11,554 nt of DNA from Aquificaceae bacterium (GTDB lineage Bacteria; Aquificota; Aquificia; Aquificales; Aquificaceae): NCBI GenBank assembly GCA_037924335.1, contig JAXSMZ010000007.1, forward strand, positions 22,463 to 34,016. The letters are read 5' to 3'. Position 1 is the stretch's first letter. Each line of letters opens with the position of its first letter. The notes beneath the pieces are model-generated. The model worked only from the letters and a program-made list of their open reading frames with translations, was not told the origin of the DNA and made no database searches. Both the position numbers and the translations under genes were made by a program. Positions 8,416 to 11,554 of the stretch are shown here, in pieces.

Positions 8416-8515
8416 ATGTAAGCACTCTTTTAAGCTTATAAAGCTTACAGATGAAGGGGAGGAAGCACCTTCCCTGCTCAAGGAGGTGCTTACATGGGGC
8501 ATGCTTAAAAAGTGT
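8416..8515 (+). promoter_or_regulatory. Structured leader with a strong but sequestered SD
   Basis: SD AAGGAGGT (8480-8487) and ATG 8494. Stems 8463-8472/8482-8491 and 8416-8425/8486-8495 cover it. An alternative stem is 8455-8462/8468-8475. Confidence 0.5.
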
Positions 8516-8646
8516 AACTTAATCCTACAAGCAAACTCCTTGGCATGCCAGGAGCAAGAGCTCTTGAACTATCCCTTTTAGGGTCTATGGGTATAGGTAA
8601 TATAGGGTTTAACCTGGCTGCGTCCTCTAAAGATACCAACCTTTAG
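8494..8646 (+). pseudogene. Possible N-terminal remnant of the gene divergent from lysR (or a 4-codon mini-ORF)
   Basis: The frame from the SD-led ATG reads MGHA*KV*LNPTSKLLGMPGARALELSLLGSMGIGNIGFNLAASSKDTNL*; protein-like after two in-frame TAA codons. Confidence 0.45.
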
Positions 8647-8913
8647 GCTGTGCTTTGGCAAACCTGGTATTTTGTCTCCAGGTTGTGCTATAATAGCTCT
8701 AAGGTTACAGTTTACCTTAGGATTTTCTCCGCCCTCATCGCATACTTCACGAACTATGGGGTGGTTTGGACTGCTAAAAAACTCTTCTGTCCTGAACTCT
8801 GCATTTAAAAGGGTATAACCAGCAAAGAATTCGACCTTACCCATTTTACCCTCAAGCCCTATCTCTGCACCCCTTCTCCTCGTCTTGTTCACATTTTTGA
8901 AGAACACTTGACC
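8632..8913 (-). pseudogene. Internal fragment of a TonB-dependent outer-membrane receptor
   Basis: GQVFFKNVNKTRRRGAEIGL, FAGYTLLNAEF and GDKIPGLPKHSLKVG resemble barrel strands of TonB-dependent receptors. Only about 94 codons; no signal peptide, plug or terminal Phe. Confidence 0.75.
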
Positions 8914-8985
8914 AAAGCATAAGTACCTTTGGGAAGTCTGTAATAATTTTCTCTTACTTTTTTCATTACTTCTATATATCCCTTC

Positions 8986-9094
8986 GGGACTGTCTCATCC
9001 GTTGTGTAAAAAATAAAGTAAGGAGATATTAACATGAGACAGCCAAATAGGTTATGAGGTGCAGTAGAATTTACACAAATTTTGAAACAGTCCC
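8986..9094 (+). mobile_element. 109-bp IS256-family-like MITE (internally deleted IS)
   Basis: 25-bp terminal inverted repeats GGGACTGTCTCATCCGTTGTGTAAA and revcomp GGGACTGTTTCAAAATTTGTGTAAA (20/25 identical). The GGGACTGT..TTGTGTAAA pattern resembles IS256-family ends. Inside are AAGGAG and the ORF MRQPNRL* (9034-9057). Confidence 0.75.
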
Positions 9095-9119
9095 AAAAAA
9101 GTTAAAATATTAAAATACT

Positions 9120-10793
9120 ATGCCAAAAAGAACGGACATGAAGAGTATACTCATAATAGGGTCTGGTCCTATAGTTATAGGTCAGGCTGCAGAGTTTGAC
9201 TACTCAGGAACTCAAGCTTGCAAAGCTCTCAAGGAGGAAGGATACAAAGTCATCTTGGTAAATTCAAACCCTGCAACCATCATGACAGACCCACATATAG
9301 CCGAAAGAACATACATAGAACCCCTAACCTTGGAAGTTTTGGAGGAGATAATAAAGGTAGAAAGGCCAGATGCTCTTTTGCCAACCTTGGGAGGACAGAC
9401 AGCTCTGAACCTTGCTGTAAAGCTCTACGAAGAGAAGGTGCTCCAAAGGTACGGAGTTGAGCTCGTGGGAGCTAGCTACGAGGCCATAAAAAAGGGTGAG
9501 GACAGGGACCTTTTCAGAAAGTCCATGCAGAAGGCTGGTTTGAAAGTTCCAGAGAGTGCTATCGTATCCTCTTTGGAGGAGGGGTTAAGCGTTATAAAGA
9601 GCATAAGCTTTCCTGCAATACTCAGACCAGCCTTCACCCTTGGTGGAACTGGTGGGTCTGTGGCTTACAACATAGAGGAGTTCAAGGAAAAGCTCCAAAC
9701 AGCTTTGAAAACCTCACCCATACATCAGGTTCTCATAGATAGGTCTCTCATAGGCTGGAAGGAGTATGAGTTTGAAGTAATAAGAGACAGGAAAGACAAT
9801 GTGATAATAGTTTGCTCCATAGAGAACTTTGACCCTATGGGTGTACATACAGGAGATTCAATAACTGTGGCTCCAGCCCAAACACTTACAGATAAGGAAT
9901 ACCAGATACTTCGTGATGCTTGCATTACTGTCATGAGGGAGATAGGCGTAGATACTGGGGGTTCCAACATACAGTTTGCCGTAAACCCAGAAAACGGAGA
10001 CTTTTATGTTATAGAGATGAACCCAAGAGTTTCTCGCTCTTCAGCCTTGGCTTCCAAAGCCACTGGTTTCCCTATAGCAAAGGTTGCGGCAAAGCTTGCC
10101 GTTGGCTACACGTTGGATGAACTGAAAAACGATATAACAAAGTACACACCTGCATCCTTTGAACCATCCATAGACTACGTAGTTGTAAAGATGCCACGCT
10201 TTGATTTTGCTAAGTTTCCAGAAACTGACACCACCTTAACAACCATGATGAAGTCAGTGGGAGAGGTCATATCAATAGGAAGGACTTTCAAAGAGGCTCT
10301 TCTAAAGGCCGTAAGGAGTTTGGAAATAGATGCCAATGGCCTTTTATCCCCATCCTTTAACCATATGCCTGATGACGTTGTCATAAAGAATCTCAGAACC
10401 CCCAACGAGCATAGGCTATGGTACATAGCGTCAGCTTTCAGGAGAAACTTTTCTGTGGATGAGGTTTACGAATATACAAAGATAGACAGGTGGTTCTTGT
10501 ATAACATAAAAGAAGTTGTGGAGTTTGAAGAGCTTTTAAGGAAGGAGGAGTTGGATAAGGAAAGGCTTTTTAGGGCTAAGGAGTTTGGATACTCAGACAA
10601 AGAAATAGCCAAACTAAAGGGTATGACGGAGGAAGAGGTCAGAAGATTAAGGTACGAGTACGGCATCTTCCCAGCTTTCAAGGGAGTAGACACATGCGCA
10701 GGTGAGTTTGTAGCCTATACTCCTTATTATTACTCTTCTTATGAAAGACCTTACTACACCGTTGAGGGGGATGTTCTGTTGGATGAAGATTGA
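9120..10793 (+). CDS. carB: Carbamoyl-phosphate synthase large chain, N-terminal half only (split CarB)
   Basis: [50 protein letters not shown], ending after [16 protein letters not shown] at 557 aa. Confidence 0.96.
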   Translation: MPKRTDMKSILIIGSGPIVIGQAAEFDYSGTQACKALKEEGYKVILVNSNPATIMTDPHIAERTYIEPLTLEVLEEIIKVERPDALLPTLGGQTALNLAVKLYEEKVLQRYGVELVGASYEAIKKGEDRDLFRKSMQKAGLKVPESAIVSSLEEGLSVIKSISFPAILRPAFTLGGTGGSVAYNIEEFKEKLQTALKTSPIHQVLIDRSLIGWKEYEFEVIRDRKDNVIIVCSIENFDPMGVHTGDSITVAPAQTLTDKEYQILRDACITVMREIGVDTGGSNIQFAVNPENGDFYVIEMNPRVSRSSALASKATGFPIAKVAAKLAVGYTLDELKNDITKYTPASFEPSIDYVVVKMPRFDFAKFPETDTTLTTMMKSVGEVISIGRTFKEALLKAVRSLEIDANGLLSPSFNHMPDDVVIKNLRTPNEHRLWYIASAFRRNFSVDEVYEYTKIDRWFLYNIKEVVEFEELLRKEELDKERLFRAKEFGYSDKEIAKLKGMTEEEVRRLRYEYGIFPAFKGVDTCAGEFVAYTPYYYSSYERPYYTVEGDVLLDED

Positions 10794-11540
10794 ATGATGG
10801 ATCTCTCCCTTTTTACAAAAGTGTTGATATCCTACCTTCTTTTGTTACCCGTCCTTTTCATATCTTTGAAGGAAAAGCTTGGTGCAGAAAGGGATGTGAT
10901 TGAAAGCACTATCAGGACAACTTTCCAGCTTCTAATTGCTGGTTATGTTCTTGGATTCATATTGGGACAGCATTCTTTGTACGTGCTCGTTGCGGCTATG
11001 CTTTTTATGTCTTTAGTGGCTTCCTTTGTAGCTTCTGAGAGGTTGGACATTGGCAAAAGTTTTATGAAGAGCTTTATCATCAGCTTTCTCTCTTTGAACC
11101 TATCTACGCTTTTCGTATTCTTTAGCCTTTACTTTCTTGGCGTTATAAAGCATAACTTTACAGAGACCATAATCCTTTGGGGACTCATTCTTGGTAACTC
11201 TCTAAACAACGTAAATCAATCCTTTGAGAGACTCAGAGCAGAGGTATCAAACAGAAAGGAACAGATAGAGGCTATGGTTGCTCTTGGAGCTCCCCTCAGG
11301 GTTGCTCTTTCAAGCTGCGTACGCTCAGCCATAAGGGCTTCCATGATTCCCAAGTACAACATGTTAAAATCGGCCGGCTTGGTTCATATACCCGGTATAT
11401 CTGTTGGTATGGTTATAGCTGGCATAAACCCCTTGGAAGCTATGCTCTACCAAACGATATTCATGTGCATGCTTCTTTCCGTCGGCTTCTTAACCTCCTT
11501 TTTTGTTGTACTACTTTCGTACAAATATATTTTTTACTGA
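10794..11540 (+). CDS. FetB/YbbM (UPF0014)-like ABC transporter permease
   Basis: Multi-TM protein with R...QLLIAGYVL, GLILGNSLN, IEAMVALGA, GLVHIPG...GMVIAG.NPLEA..YQ motifs. Confidence 0.88.
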   Translation: MMDLSLFTKVLISYLLLLPVLFISLKEKLGAERDVIESTIRTTFQLLIAGYVLGFILGQHSLYVLVAAMLFMSLVASFVASERLDIGKSFMKSFIISFLSLNLSTLFVFFSLYFLGVIKHNFTETIILWGLILGNSLNNVNQSFERLRAEVSNRKEQIEAMVALGAPLRVALSSCVRSAIRASMIPKYNMLKSAGLVHIPGISVGMVIAGINPLEAMLYQTIFMCMLLSVGFLTSFFVVLLSYKYIFY

Positions 11541-11554
11541 TGGTAAAGCCTAAG

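Noticed and set aside
8530..8566. Sigma54 promoter or terminator at the palindromes TGGCATGCCA and CAAGAGCTCTTG
   Set aside because: The TGGCA to TTGC spacing does not fit -24/-12 and there is no convincing U-tract.
8578..8907. Intact 109-aa protein
   Set aside because: No RBS, receptor similarity starts mid-barrel and stops near 8632; better read as a fragment.
618..10693. Short alternative-frame and antisense ORFs in the track (e.g. 618-869, 3075-3422, 7690-8139, 9725-9970)
   Set aside because: They are shadows of well-supported genes, with no motifs or RBS.
11540..11554. Next gene starting ATGGTAAAGCCTAAG, overlapping the permease stop
   Set aside because: Only five codons are visible, so no product can be supported.
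1..11554. CRISPR array, rRNA or Moco riboswitch
   Set aside because: No regularly spaced direct repeats or rRNA-like sequence were seen, and only 22 bp precede moaE, too short for a riboswitch.

Overview
Compact, AT-rich window whose gene content and split carB suggest an Aquificae-like thermophile (inference). Most of it is housekeeping: a PAS histidine kinase convergent with an NtrC-type sigma54 activator, era plus an upstream hypothetical, ygfZ, moaE-moaA, a hypothetical plus a small Trm112-like gene missed by the ORF track, a HAD hydrolase, a LysR regulator, the N-terminal half of carB and a FetB-like permease. Two non-coding zones stand out. (1) Bases 1-141 encode the truncated tail of a TnpB-like zinc finger. 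The same bases fold into a four-way junction, a 15-bp hairpin and a 6-bp pseudoknot, resembling an omegaRNA scaffold that ends at the kinase promoter. (2) Bases 8364-9119 form a decay zone: a switchable RBS-sequestering leader, a stop-interrupted frame, a TonB-dependent receptor fragment and a 109-bp IS256-type MITE just upstream of carB. All pairings were worked out by eye and no searches were run.
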